Below are positions 25,928 to 39,027 of a stretch of DNA of 64,000 bases, in pieces. Origin of the DNA: Harriotta raleighana. Lineage: Eukaryota. The notes beneath the pieces were generated by a model. The model searched no databases and was not told where the DNA came from. It worked only from the letters and a program-made list of their open reading frames with translations. Each line of letters starts with the position of its first letter. Position 1 is the first letter of the stretch. The stretch covers positions 1,589,595-1,653,594 of the forward strand of contig JBNZDD010013687.1 in assembly GCA_050575255.1 (NCBI GenBank). Direction: 5' to 3'. The translations under genes were made by a program, and so were the position numbers.

Positions 25928-28900
25928 ACAACAGCATTGCAAGAGCATATTGCCCACAGTTGACATTCCTCTCGAAATATTTCATGTTCCTGTCAAACGC
26001 TCCTTCTTAGGATTAAGTCTGAAAACAACCCTCCTTTGCTGTGCTGTGGTCAGGCAGTAAGTAACACGGCATCTTGTGAAAGGCAGTGAGTCTACTTTCT
26101 ACTTTCCGCCAAAGAGCAAACCTGGAAAATGCTCGTGTCAAGTACGGTTTATTTCAAATAACTTTTATCTCTTTTTTTTAAAAACTGGGTGAGTTCGTTC
26201 CCACCCCATCTCCCACTGCCCCCAAATGGGAGAGAAAAGCCAAGCGTGCGTATAAAATGTGCACATCAGATTGCCCAGTATTTGAGTAGAATTGTAATGT
26301 ATTTAAACCCCGGGGTTTCCCCCCTCCCCCCCTCTCCCCCTTTTGTTTACAGAGCTTCTTATTAAAGTTTATAAAGAAAAAAAACAGCGTGGATTAATAA
26401 ACATTAAAATCAAAGTGTGTGTACAGAGAAGGACTTTTTATATTAGAAATCGTTTGTACTTGGATGAACATTATAGGCATGTTGAAATCCTTTCAGTTTT
26501 ATCCTACTTGTATCTTGAAGCGTGGGGTACGTTGTAATTTTGTATTGTAAAGACATTGCATTGCAAGCTGAAAATCCAAACCTCGTTTACACGTGTGATT
26601 TCTTCCTTTTTCTTTTTAAAAACGAAAATCAAAAGTTTTCGGAGGGTTTCTTTGACTCTTGCTTTTCGGGTATAAAAGTGTTGCATTTCATTCACAGTTT
26701 GTATCTGAAACAAAATCATTCGTTCAATGCAGTTTCAGATCGTGCAGCTCTCCAATACTCTCTTCCCTCCCTTCTCTCTCCCTCTCCCTCTCCCGTGTGG
26801 GATGCAATCCTCACGGCAAATGCTTTCTATGAAAACTTCGAGTTTTTTTAGTCGTATTCTTTGATCTGAATGCCCAGAAATATTTATTAGTCGGTTCCTC
26901 GTTGCTGGTCTCTACCCAAAGGGATCTATGAACTCGCTTTCTCCTGTTTAAAATTAGAGGCAGAAGAGTATTTTCTAATTCGAAAATTTCCAATTCAATC
27001 TCCCTTTAGTCGACTAATGCGGGGTGTTCAATGAATTGTGTAAATGATTCCACGCATTGCACTAGGACAATTTTCCTTGTTTTAAATAAACAATTTAGGT
27101 TTCCATTTCTATTAAATTTAGCATCCAAAAAGTTGGGATTCTTTTGTAATACCGTGCAATAAAATGCAACAGAGAGGCGAGCCTGTATAAAATTCGTCTC
27201 TGGTGTTTGTAGGCATTCTGGATCCTTTCTCTTCTTTAATTTAGTCAGTGTGTAATAAACTTCATGCAAACTTAACGCCTATTTTTGAACAACGCTTGTG
27301 GTTTATTTCAAATATTGGGCTCGTTGGGACTTTTGTGGTGACAGTAAGTCTTCACCTGAAATTTCTGTGTGGTTTTTTAGTTCAAAAAATATTTGTTGAT
27401 AGATTAATTCGAATGCATCGTCGTTTTTTGTACGTGGACCGTCTCAGCAAATGTGATGCAATTCGCCTATAAAATATTGGATGAGGTTTAGAGTGGCTGC
27501 TTTGTGCGTGGAGCTTAATGATTAGGTGAATTGTGAAATGAGCAACTGTGTGCCTCCGTTTAAGGCTGTGAAAGGGGCTTTTGGGGGCTTTTTTTGTTTG
27601 TCTTTTGCTTTTAAAGTCACAAAGAATGATCGATACACGCCCTGAAATTGTACCCCTCCATGCCCTGGAGCATTCTATACCCGATTCGATACATGCACAT
27701 GTTGTGAGGCTAACATCTACCTAAACATAAAAGAAATAATGTGAATATGGGAAATATATCACGATTATTCTAAATTGTACTTTCCAAAAATGCGGGGCTG
27801 TTTTATTTGTGTAACAAACCAACCAGTCCACACAGAAATAAAGCTTTGTGGCTTCCTGAAATCATTTTAATTTTGTTTTGAAGGTGATAGCAAAATGAGT
27901 TGGGACTGTGACCTACCAATGTAACACTGGAAAGTTTGAGGGTTGGAGAGATTTTGCATCGACTCTGGCTTTATGTGTGTTCTTGAAAAAACAATTGATT
28001 AAAATGAAACAACCAGTTCACCTAAAGTAATTTAGAAGAAAAATCCATAAAAAATCAAAATCCCAAGAAAAATTAATTTACATAATTGACTATTGGAAAT
28101 GCAAGACTACTTAGATATATTTTATCCCAGTAAATAAAATAAAGTGTGGTCTTCCGATTCAATGAATTAAATCGGTCTAAATAAATAAACGTTGAGAGGA
28201 TGCAAGGAACTGTAAAGTTTAGGGGGGTTTTTTTAAAATAAAAAATCGACTACAGGTTTGTGTTCAGAGAAAAAGAATATGGGAAAATCAACCGATGGGG
28301 AGGGGAGGGGGGGGGGGGAGCAGTAAACTTGAACCGTGTGTAAAGATTTCTCTACATTTTGAATTTTTTTTTACCAACCATTTTAGCTATAAACATGTTA
28401 CTATGGAGATTCTGTGTATCCCAACCCCTAGAGCCCAGAGTGGGTCAGAGAAAACGCCGCTATTTCTGGAGATCATTTATCACTGTCACCAGATAATGAT
28501 TCCCGCAGCAACCTCCTATTGATGTTTATAATTGCATTATCTCATATGGAATGATCAATGAAAATGGGAGCCAGGCATGGGATAATCAGCAAACGCCTGC
28601 AACAAAAAAACTTCTGGGCTCTTTTCAAATATACAAAAAAAAACTCTTTACAAACTCGATTCATGTCTGATCTCAGCTTCAACCCATTTTTTTTTAGAAA
28701 AAAAAGAGAGAGAGAAAAAAAATCCAAAGAGCTTTCTGTTTGACATGGCTCGGGAAATCCTCGCGTTAAACAAAAAAAAACCGACCCAATATACGAACAG
28801 AAGAAAACGAATCAATTTCGGATTGTGTTACCGCTTCTCACGGAAGTTACTGTATTACAAATTACCAATGAACGCTTTTCTCTGAGGAAACTTACGCTTT

Positions 28901-29218
28901 ATCTCTTGGTTCCAAGCGAATCAATAGAAATAAATGGTGAATTCCAGTTTTATTGTCCTTTCTCCCACCACTACCACCACCACAAATCTATGTATGTATT
29001 ATGTATGTGTGTGTGTGTGAGTGTGTGTGTGAGTGTGTGTGTGATCACCTGTAATATTTTTTAATCTGTCACCTTTTTATTTCATGATCTGACAGTGTTC
29101 CTCTTTGTCTTGTGTGTTTAGGTTTGCGGTGAATCGAGACTTAATTTTCCGCGTTAAAGAGGAACGCACGCCTCGCCCCCGTTATTACACCTCGTGCAAA
29201 GGCAAGGTTTAAAACTAA

Positions 29219-29309
29219 NNNNNNNNNNNNNNNNNNNNNNNNNNNNNNNNNNNNNNNNNNNNNNNNNNNNNNNNNNNNNNNNNNNNNNNNNNNNNNNNNN
29301 NNNNNNNNN
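29219..29309. other. Assembly gap (91 N) next to a poly-C run
   Basis: N run. Confidence 0.99.
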
Positions 29310-30239
29310 AGTTTCCCCCCCCCCCCCCCCACCCCCGTTATATGGATACCGCAAATATCTCAGCTTGGAACATCGAGAGAGAAAGAGAGAGAGAGAGAGA
29401 GATAATTTTTTTTTGTGTTTGTTTGCTTTAGTTTACCTTGCACTGAAATGGAAAGACATTTCTTTGCAAAGTTGCAAAAAAAAAGAAACTTGCAATCGGC
29501 CAGCACGTTCAGTTCAGCCTAATTTTTTGAGAGCCCAAATCTTGCAAACTAAACTGATTTGGGGCACATGAAACCAAATGCGAAAACGCTTGAATTAAGT
29601 TTTGTCACATGCAGATTTCTGCTTTATTGTTAATGTATTGCCACACGAATTTTTTTTCCAACCTCATTCGTCAACACAGTAAAGAAGAAATTCACATTTG
29701 CCGAAGCTGTGTATGATACCGTTATTGGGCATTGATTTTGCAATAATGAAGCTTATTTAAGAGTTCCCCGTTGTTTCGACCCACATCGAGCTCGAAATTT
29801 CACTAGGGTCTTAGCCTGACTGACTATTTTCTCTTCAAATGTAAGATTGTGCAGAAGGGTAGATTTTTTTTAACAAAATAATAAAAATAATTCAGCTTTA
29901 GTGTGGGAGTCGGTTCGTTGTGCGACCCGCAGAAAGCCAGACAGCTTCCAGATTCCACACTGCAGAGGAATTTAACATTGTTTCTAACCAATCTGAAAAT
30001 GTAAGGCGAAAAAATATTCATAAGCTGTTATAGGTGACTTGATGGAAATTCAGGCCTAACTAGAGCTAGTGTTTTACGCGTTTTTTGTTTTGTTTCCCAT
30101 TCATTCAGTCATTCATTCATTCACTCATTCATCCCTTATCTGGATGTGTATACAGATATCCCTTATCAGTTTCAAAATCACTTCCACCTCTTTCCACTGT
30201 ACGGATCTCTCTGTTGTAAATCTAGAGAGAGAGAGAGGG

Positions 30240-30920
30240 AGGGGGTGGGGGGAGTGGGTGAACTGAACCCAGCAATATTTTGGCAATCATTATTTTGCGG
30301 GGAGTGGGAAGGTGGGAGGTTAGGGGGGTGAGGGGAGGGGGGGAAGCAGAATGACCTGTTTAAAGCAATTAATGTACATTTTTATTGGTCCTAAAAAAGC
30401 AATCTATAGATCTATAGGTGACGTCAATGTGTATTCAGTGTGTGGGGCTGGAGACGTCACGAGGTTTCTCGATGGGATCCAGTGTGAGATGTTCCACTGA
30501 AGCCAGAGAAAAACATTGGAATTGGAGAGAAGACTGACTGTGACTGAAACTGACTGACTTGACTTGACTGTGCGTTCAGAGAATCTTGTCATCCACCGTG
30601 TATGTTACGTGTATGACTGTAAAGCGTGGAAGCGTCTCGTTACAGTGAAATGTCACCTTCTCCTGTTCTTATCGGGTGAAAACTTCGGGTGCCCCGTTTT
30701 CTCTCAAACGTGTTTGCCCATGGCTGCTCTGGGGGGTGGCCGGAGTGATCGCGTTCACCTGAACACACTCTCCAGGAGCGGATGCCGTATCCGCCGAGTC
30801 GAGACGTGGGTTTGCAGTTGCTCTGTCGCCCGAGCTGGCGAGCAGAGCTGTCACGACCGAAAGGTTGGACAAAAGATAAGCCACAACGATTAAAACGATA
30901 CCGAGAGAACGCTTTTACTG
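30240..30920. promoter_or_regulatory. CpG-island-like, promoter-like element downstream of meis2
   Basis: G-rich boxes, inverted CCAAT (30384-30388), full CRE TGACGTCA (30419-30426), second GACGTCA (30453-30459), and the highest CpG density I see in the window (30590-30900). Confidence 0.5.
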
Positions 30921-33900
30921 CACCCAGTGTAAACAGTCAGAAAGCCAGGCTTTCCTGGCAGCCCAAACCTGATTAATGTATCTCAGCTCTTATTTAGAAC
31001 AAGTTTAAAAAGCGTCAACAGATTATTCCCTGCAGGAAGGTCTAAAATATTTTACATAATTATCCCCAGTGCGTAAATGCCAACTCTTATTTGCTTTTGA
31101 TGATCAAGCCCTGAGGAGGGGAGGGGTGAGGGGGGAAGGGGGAATAATTATTTATTATTTGTAATATTTTATATCTTTACAGGCATTTGGGGATTTTTTT
31201 TCCGTAGATATTCAGATTTGATCACAAATGTGTTCTTCCTAACGACCAACGAATAACGTTTTTTCTCCCACCAAAAAAGGTTTCTGCTTATTGAATTAGC
31301 TCAACACTTGGCACTTAACAGCCTGTATTTAAGAGCGTTTCATTGGAAAAAGAAAACAAGAATAAGAATAATTGCACTGAAAAGTAACGCAAACGCACGT
31401 TTTAGAAAAAGACGCATCTTTTAGCAATCCATTTAGCAATCTGATACACACACACACTCACACACACATGCATGACGAATGAAAACGTATGACGCTCGGT
31501 TTGAAGAATACTTACTATCAATATTACACGGCCGATTGCAAAAGAATGTGTGAAAAAAAAAGTCTAGGGCAGCAAAGGAAAGCAACGAACTGCCTTGCTA
31601 TTAGAAGTACTGATTAATAACTAGCAGAATAATCTTCGCAGCCTTTTCTGCCCGACTGCCCTTTTGAATTAGAGACGATTTCCATACTCTCCAGAGTGTC
31701 TATCTTCCAGGAGAATGAGTGACGGATTTTCCAACCCCCCCCCATCTCCCCTCCCACACTAACTTCCCCCCCCCTCACCCCCCCACCCCCCTCTCCTCTC
31801 CTCTCTCCTCGAACTTAATGATGTAAATATTCTAATTAGTAAATCACACTGCTGAAGGCAAGAACATGATATTCAATCGCAAGCTGCAAAAAAAATACAG
31901 ACTGTGAAGTTGAACAAGCAGCTTTTACTGGAATGATAGAAACTAGATCTGGGGAGGAGGGTGGTGGGGGGGAGGGATATGGTTTTTTTTCAGTGGGGGG
32001 GGGGGGGAGGGATATGGTTTTTTGAGAGGTGGGGGGTGGGGAGAGGAGAGAGTGGGGGAAATAAAAATAAATAAAAAGTTGAGATAAAGTTGAGCCTGAA
32101 GCTTTTGGTGGAAAAAATCTTGAGCTATTTTCAATCTGCTAAGATTTAATTAGGAGCCCCAGGCGCGACGCTCGAATGAAGACCCCCTTTTTTCTCATTA
32201 GTTTCCCATCACTAATCTTGGGTGTTATGTTGGCTTAAAGGTTGTCAACATTTGACCAATTCCGCAGAAAAAAAAATATCCCCACTATAGCTCCGGGACT
32301 TACAGAGCAAAGCAAATAAATCGTCTGAGAATCAGCGGAACTAACAGGCGCAAAAAATGTTGATAATTTATCGTTACCAATCGTTGTATTTCCTACAAGC
32401 GTAAGATATACATATATATATTTCTATTTCTTCTTGTTCTCTCTCTCGCTCTCCATCACACAAAATAAAAGGGTTGTTAATGCTTATTAACGTGGGTGGG
32501 TTAGAGCTAATGCGTGGTATTAATTGCGACTTTGCAATGATCACTGTAAATAACAAGAGACCGGTGAGTGTGTGGGATTGGAGGCTGGGTTTTGGTGGGG
32601 AAAGGGGAACGGGATGGGTGGGGGGGGGGGAGAGATTTCCTTGTGTTGTGGGCTATGTGAAGGGATGGAGAGGAGTGAAAAGAGAGAGGGAGTGAGAAAG
32701 TGAGTCAAGGGAATGACATCAGAGCTCCCCCTACCGACCAGAGGCATTGAAACTGATCCAAACTGTCCAGCAGCCAAACAACCTACCCACAACCAACCAA
32801 CCAACCAACCAAACTACTGACTTACTTACTGACTTACCCAACACGTAGGGGGGGAAGCAAAAAAAAACCCCACAGACACCCACAAGCAACACAGCGGTTC
32901 ATAATGTTAGTAATCACGACAGCTTTAAATAATCCATTATGTACAAACACATGAAAGAATACAAGAGCAGCAACAACAGCAGCAAGCCAGGGGAGGTCAG
33001 AAACACACTTGCCAGACTGTAATCAACCTGATTGCTAATCCGATCACCTTTACAACCCATTGCGATGCTTTAATACAGGTATGGGGTGAGGGTGGGGGCG
33101 GTGGGATGGAGGGGGGAGACTAGTATGTCTGCCTCAGCTAAACTCGGAACAAATCATTTTTTAAAAAAAATATTTTTTTTACAGACATTCAGTGGATTTG
33201 AACACAAAAGCAATTTAAAACTAAGGGAGTATCATGCGAGGCTTTGATACGTGGCTTGTTATGAAATTTGCCAAATAAAAATAGGCGATTTTGTTGTGTG
33301 TGAGTGTGTGTGAGTGTGAGTTCCCACATTTTACGCACAAGGAAATGTGTCCACTGAACGCACCCTCAATAGGAATACGTACAGACACTGCTGTGGTGGG
33401 TGTGTGTGGAGTATGGGGTGAGAGAAATGTTGTAAGTTTTTTTTTGATGTCTGACATGAAATGAAAGCAGCCCCGTGGCTTGTTTAGAGTAAAGTTAGTC
33501 CTGTATTGTGCGGGTTAGAGAACCTATAACCCACCTCCCCCCCCCCCCCGCCCCCCTCAATACAACAGTCCCGTCTCTGATACTGACAGCTTTACCTGTG
33601 CAGTCAGTCCAAATACAGCTTAATGAGAAATAAAACACTGATTTGACGGACTACAATAAGAGATGATTCAAAGAGTACATTTGTGGAAGGATGGCTTGTC
33701 CCCGCCCCCGTCTAGGTTTAAAATAATATATATTATATATTATGTACATATAAATTAGCTTTTAAAATGTAGAACCTATGGTCCATTTAGTGTAGGATAA
33801 AAAGAGCTGATTTACAGAACCGATCCTAATTCTAAACCCCACAATTAAACACAGTTTCTATTTTAGTTTCATTCGATTCCGATCATAGCTGCACTGTGAT

Positions 33901-36037
33901 CAAACTCTTTCAAAATTAAATGCTTGAAAAAAAAATGGTAGACTGTGCGCTTGAGATCAGAAAGTTGAAGCTTCATTTGTTGTCTTTTAACCGATTGGAA
34001 GAGCAAATGTGTTTTTCCATGAACAGTTGCTTTCGAACATAAAGCCAACCTCACAGAAGCATTACCAGCATTCAATCGTTTATATATTAACCAAACACTC
34101 CACTGCAACAATTGCAGTAACTTAACACCGACTGTGCTCAGGTTAAAGGTTTGGGTTTAAAAAAAAACACAAAACACTGCCCACAATCGTCTCACATAGC
34201 GAGTGCACTCTATTGTTAACGTTTATATTGCTAGTAATGGAGGTTTGCAAAGGGAGTGTTTGTTAAATAATACAATTAAGCAGATCGTTGCAAACATCTC
34301 CCGAATTGCAACAGTCTTTGTTGCAATTATTTGTCTGCCTTAAATGAATGATCTGCTTGTTGCACGAATGTCTGGCCAAGACAAGTGGACTATAAATGAA
34401 TCATTTCAAGTAGGAGATTAAAATATGTTCCCTGCAAAGGTTATGGTACTTTGGACTTTTTTTTTGCTGTTGAAATGTTTTGCAAAAGATAGATTTATAT
34501 CGTACATGACAAACGCACTAAAGATCTTTTGTAGAGACTTTGAACCATTGTTCAGTTAAAGCTTGTTCCTCACAATTCTTTTAAAATATGGAGCTGTGAG
34601 TCAGACATCAAATTGTAGACAAAGAAAGCAGAGCAAAAACCAACCTGTTAACCAAAGCAGATGAAGAGGATGACAAAACAGAGAATGAATTACAATGTTG
34701 TAGAAATTCAAGGGAATTAAAGTTCCTCCCTTTGAAAACTTCCATTTTTTTTACTGAAAAAGAGAGGCAAAATAGACTTGGAGAAATAGGAGTTTATTTT
34801 AGAAACAACAAATGTAAAGTTAAAATTCAGAATTTTACCAATAGCGGTGTATTCAGATCGTTTAAAAACACATCTTATTCTATTCGATTACATTGGATCA
34901 TTGAAGACATTTGAATTTTTTTTGCTATCAATGCAGTTTCATGGTTTGTGCAAATTGATCTCTATCGTAAGAAATCCAGAAATCTTTCAGAGGGAAATGT
35001 AATCCTTGAGAAATATATTACTTGCTTTGTCCATCTGAATTTCACAAATCTATATTTGTCCCCTTTCAGGTTTAGTCTTATGTATCCACCTTACAAATGG
35101 AACTCAGTTCATATGCTGCCTGAGGAAGAACATTTGAAAACACACTACACATTCTGTTGGCACTTCAAGAAAGAAAAGGGGGTATATCTGTTAAGATATG
35201 CTTGGAGATGCTTGCCATAAATAGAACGAAGCTAAGAGTTCAGAGTCGTATTTGAAACAAAGTGCCATAAATGCTTTAATTCGGAAAAATATTTTTTCCT
35301 TCATTCAGAATCAATACTGAGCCATTAAACATTGCATCAAATGTTCAAGCAGCAGTGACATTTGGCAAGAAAAACTCAAAGTAATGCATGCTTTACAAAC
35401 CGAGGTATCAGGTAGCAACACTGAGTTAAGTACCATACTCTCAGTAACAATGACAGAAGATATTAATATACTGGAAATGGATGCCAGAAGGAAGAGTTTT
35501 AAAGGGAAGCTACATTTGGCGATGAGTAGCCCCCGGTTAGCAGCCGGAAGCAATGGTGCTGAAAAGCTATAGCTGGTGACAGGAACTTTAAAAAAAAAGC
35601 CTCGAAGACTGCGGCTGACAGCAATATATAGTTTTCTAACAACAGATAGTGTGACCGATGATACTCTACCCTCCATTAAAACTAATACCGTTTATAGGTC
35701 TATTAACTTTGATATCACAGCAAGTTCAAGTGACATGATTACCCCATGATCTCAGCAAGAGTGAAATAGTCTTGATAAAATACTTGAATACTTGAAAATG
35801 GGGCGGGGGGAATTCTGTGTAACTCATTTTTAATAATTCTGGTTAATTTCATGCATTCGCCAATGGATTGAATTGAGTGAACAGTTTGCTGCGCAATGAT
35901 ATGCAACCAAAATACAATTGTTGAAATCAAGTAGAAAATAGCTTAAAATTTAGACATACTTGATTCTTTTGTAAATCGACTAGGTACGTTTACATCGGGC
36001 ACATATTGATAATTTATATAATGTTGTTAGCTAAATA

Positions 36038-36345
36038 GGCCTCCTATAGCTCAGTAGTCAGAGCACTCGCCTGGCAAGCGCGAGATCTGGGTTCGATTCC
36101 TGGCAGAGTGAAATCGTGGGCAAATTTTCCTTACTTCACACACCTGATAATAATCCCTCAAGTAAAAAATAATAAAAAATGGATCTTTTCAATCCATAAC
36201 TGTTTGTGGGACACTGCTGTATGCATTTGGCTGCCAGATTTCGCCCCCAAATGTACAGTCAATTCACTTTACAGTATATACTGTGAAGCACTTTGAGATG
36301 TCTAGAAGGTGTGAAAAATGCTATATCAAATGGAAGGATTATTAT
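36038..36345 (+). mobile_element. Near full-length tRNA-derived SINE with L2-type tail
   Basis: A box (tagctcagtag), B box (ggttcgattcc), body tgtttgtgggacactgctgt, tail gaagcactttgag...gctatatcaaatggaaggattatt; related copies elsewhere in the window. Confidence 0.9.
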
Positions 36346-36504
36346 ATATAAATATTCTGAGAAGAACAATGTGTCAAAATCTTTTAAAATCTATTTGTTT
36401 GTTCTCCAAATTATTTTTCATTTTGTTTCCCTATCTAGGTTAAGATGTAAAAGTGCACTTATCGATAAACTGCACCTTAATTTGTTTAACATGTAAAATA
36501 TAGC

Positions 36505-36800
36505 ACAAGGGGACATGGACTTGAATTCTGAAGTGGACGGTTGAGCAGACAATTTGTAGTTATTTATTTTATTCTGAGCTGTGAATATGTGGAATAAACT
36601 ATCCAGGCAGGGTAGTGCAGGCAGCTTGTATCAGCATATCCAAGAGGGAATTGGATAGCTATTTGGCGAAGAATGTAATTGAGGCGTTTAAGAGATAGGG
36701 TAGTTAGGGTCCTTTAAGAATAGATATTTTATTTTTACTTTGGGAACAAACAGATGGATCACAATAATCTTTTCTGGTCTGGTACAGTTTCTGTGTTCCT
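36505..36800 (+). mobile_element. Decayed CR1 LINE 3' end
   Basis: aggggacat...gctgtgaatatgtggaataaactatcc...gtagtgcaggca...caagagggaattggatagctatttg corresponds to the RGH...VN.WN.L...VV.A...KRELD motif of CR1 ORF2 C-termini. Confidence 0.7.
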
Positions 36801-38599
36801 GCACATCCTCTTTCATAAAGTAGGAGAAGCACTTGGGTTAAGGGTTCTCCATGCCTAGCTCGAGTGTTATTGCAGTCAGCTAGCAAGAAGTGTGATTTAA
36901 TAGCATCAGGTGTACAATGGTATTCCCTTTCTTTCCTCCTCTGTCAAACAAAAATACAACACTCTTCTTTGTGTTCTTTTCCATTTAGTCGTCTGACAGA
37001 TAACTGACCAAATAGCCGACTGAATGAAAGCAGGTCTGAACGACAAGCTGCCCTGTGGCTTGAACTCTTAACTTTCTGTTTGGGAGCCAAGCATTCAACT
37101 GCTTGAACAACTGGCCATCCTATGTCAACTGATCTGTTCACACAAGTCAGCCACTACATGAGTTGAAGAAATACACTATATGAATTGGTAAACAAACAAC
37201 GAGAGATATACTCAGCTATTCGTCAAAATCACAAATGGCCTCATACTCATATCCTTCATTGTACTGTATATTTCAAAACACCAAACTTTGATGTTGGGCT
37301 TTGTACAAAACAGTGCTGCAATTAATCACTTTAGTTAACAAACAAAATGTAAGCCTGTGATATTCACTGTACAGAATCGTCATCTATGTTATGGTTTGAA
37401 ACTTTACAATAAATATTTCACCAAATTAAAATCAATAAATAATCACATGCACATGACAAGTGAAAGTTTATAGATGAGATGTTGCTCACTTGCCTTGAGT
37501 GATGATCTGAAATCTAAATAAAGCAATGCAAAGTTTCAAAGTTAAATAAGACTGGCTTTCAGTTTTGATTACAATGTGTGACAAATGCAGCACTCGAATA
37601 TTTATTTTAAATAACAAGGAACTGACAGCTCTTGTTGGGAAAGTGTTCTCAAAATACAGAAAGTTGTAGGTGGTTATTTCTTTAATCAATATCCATAGTT
37701 GGCACTCTCTTACACATACGGGGGCCTATTCCACTCCCAGCTATTGAATTGCATTTTCCTAAATCGCACTTTTAATCTCATCTCTCAAGAATGTCATGCT
37801 GCTCATGAGTTCTATTCTTGTACGAGCCTGGAGAGGCTAAGGGACATAAGGAAGAATGCTGAAAAACTGGGTCAGGCTTCGCTCCTCTTCATCAAGGTCA
37901 ACAGTCAGTCAACAACTGACATTAACCTTCATAAAATTAGATATGGAGCAAATGAGCAACGAGCTTGATCCACATCTATAAATAGATTTTGTCCACTGAT
38001 CACAACAGAAATGATCAGTATCCAGGAAAGACAGTTTAGTTTAGTCATGTGTCACCTTCTGGTTTGCTTGCTTTTCCCTGGCTGATCCAACCTTTACAAT
38101 AATATGAGCACAGTTGCAAATAATATTCCCAGAAACACGATTGTATATTTCCTTGCCCCTAACAATATCAGATATGATTTTATAATAATAAATAATAATA
38201 ATAATCATCCTTACATTTATGTAGCGCTTTCCACATCTTATCAATGTCTCAAAGCACTTTACAGAAAACAACATTTTGTAATATTATATAATACAACAAA
38301 ATGTGTGACATTTCTTATTTGATGTCTTTTTGAAAATCAAAACTACACACTTTTATGATTATTCAGTATTACTCTTGGTTCAGATAATATCAGATTACAT
38401 CAGCATGCATGCAAGCATGCTGATGTAAGGCTTTCATGTTTTGTTACATATTTGAGCCCATTGTGGTGCAAACATATCAATGAAAAATTTACACACTTTG
38501 CATAGTGAAAACATCATAGAGGCAGTTGTTATGGACCACTTTGTTTCAACCATATGAAGCATAAGAAAGGGAATAAGAAAATAGAATTTGCCCATTTTA

Positions 38600-39027
38600 T
38601 CATTGCATTAATTGTCTTATCACATTAAAAGCATTTCATGCCAAAAGTTACTTTGAAGTGTAATAACGGTTAGGTCGATAAACATGCAGGTAATCTACAC
38701 GAACAATCCTCCACAAAGAACAAGATGAATATCTAGATGTAATTTCTTTGTGTGAATTTAGTGGATGGAGGATGTGTATTGGCCCAGACATTGGTACAGC
38801 TTCTTGCTTATCTTCAAAATAGTGCCATGGGATTTTAATGTCCCCGGGAGCTACCAGATAGAACTTTGGTTTTATTGCTTCATTTGAAGGATGCTACCTC
38901 CAGCAATGCAGCCTTGCTTCAATACCGCACTGGAGTGTCAACCTGTATTATGTGCTCAAATCCTGGTGCAACCTCACAATCTTCTGACCCAGAGGCGAGA
39001 ATGCTACCAACTGAGCCAAACTGACAC
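38600..39027 (-). mobile_element. Ancient DeuSINE (SacSINE1/AmnSINE1-like Deu domain, tRNA-like head)
   Basis: aaatagtgccatgggat...gcactggagtgtcaacct.tattatgtgctcaa...ttctgacccagaggcgagaatgctaccaactgagcca matches the Deu-domain SINE consensus as I remember it. Confidence 0.75.

Noticed and set aside
36038-36110. tRNA-like sequence (also at ~40445-40519 and ~48815-48859)
   Set aside because: A/B boxes continue into a SINE body and tail; no proper acceptor stem or Pol III terminator.
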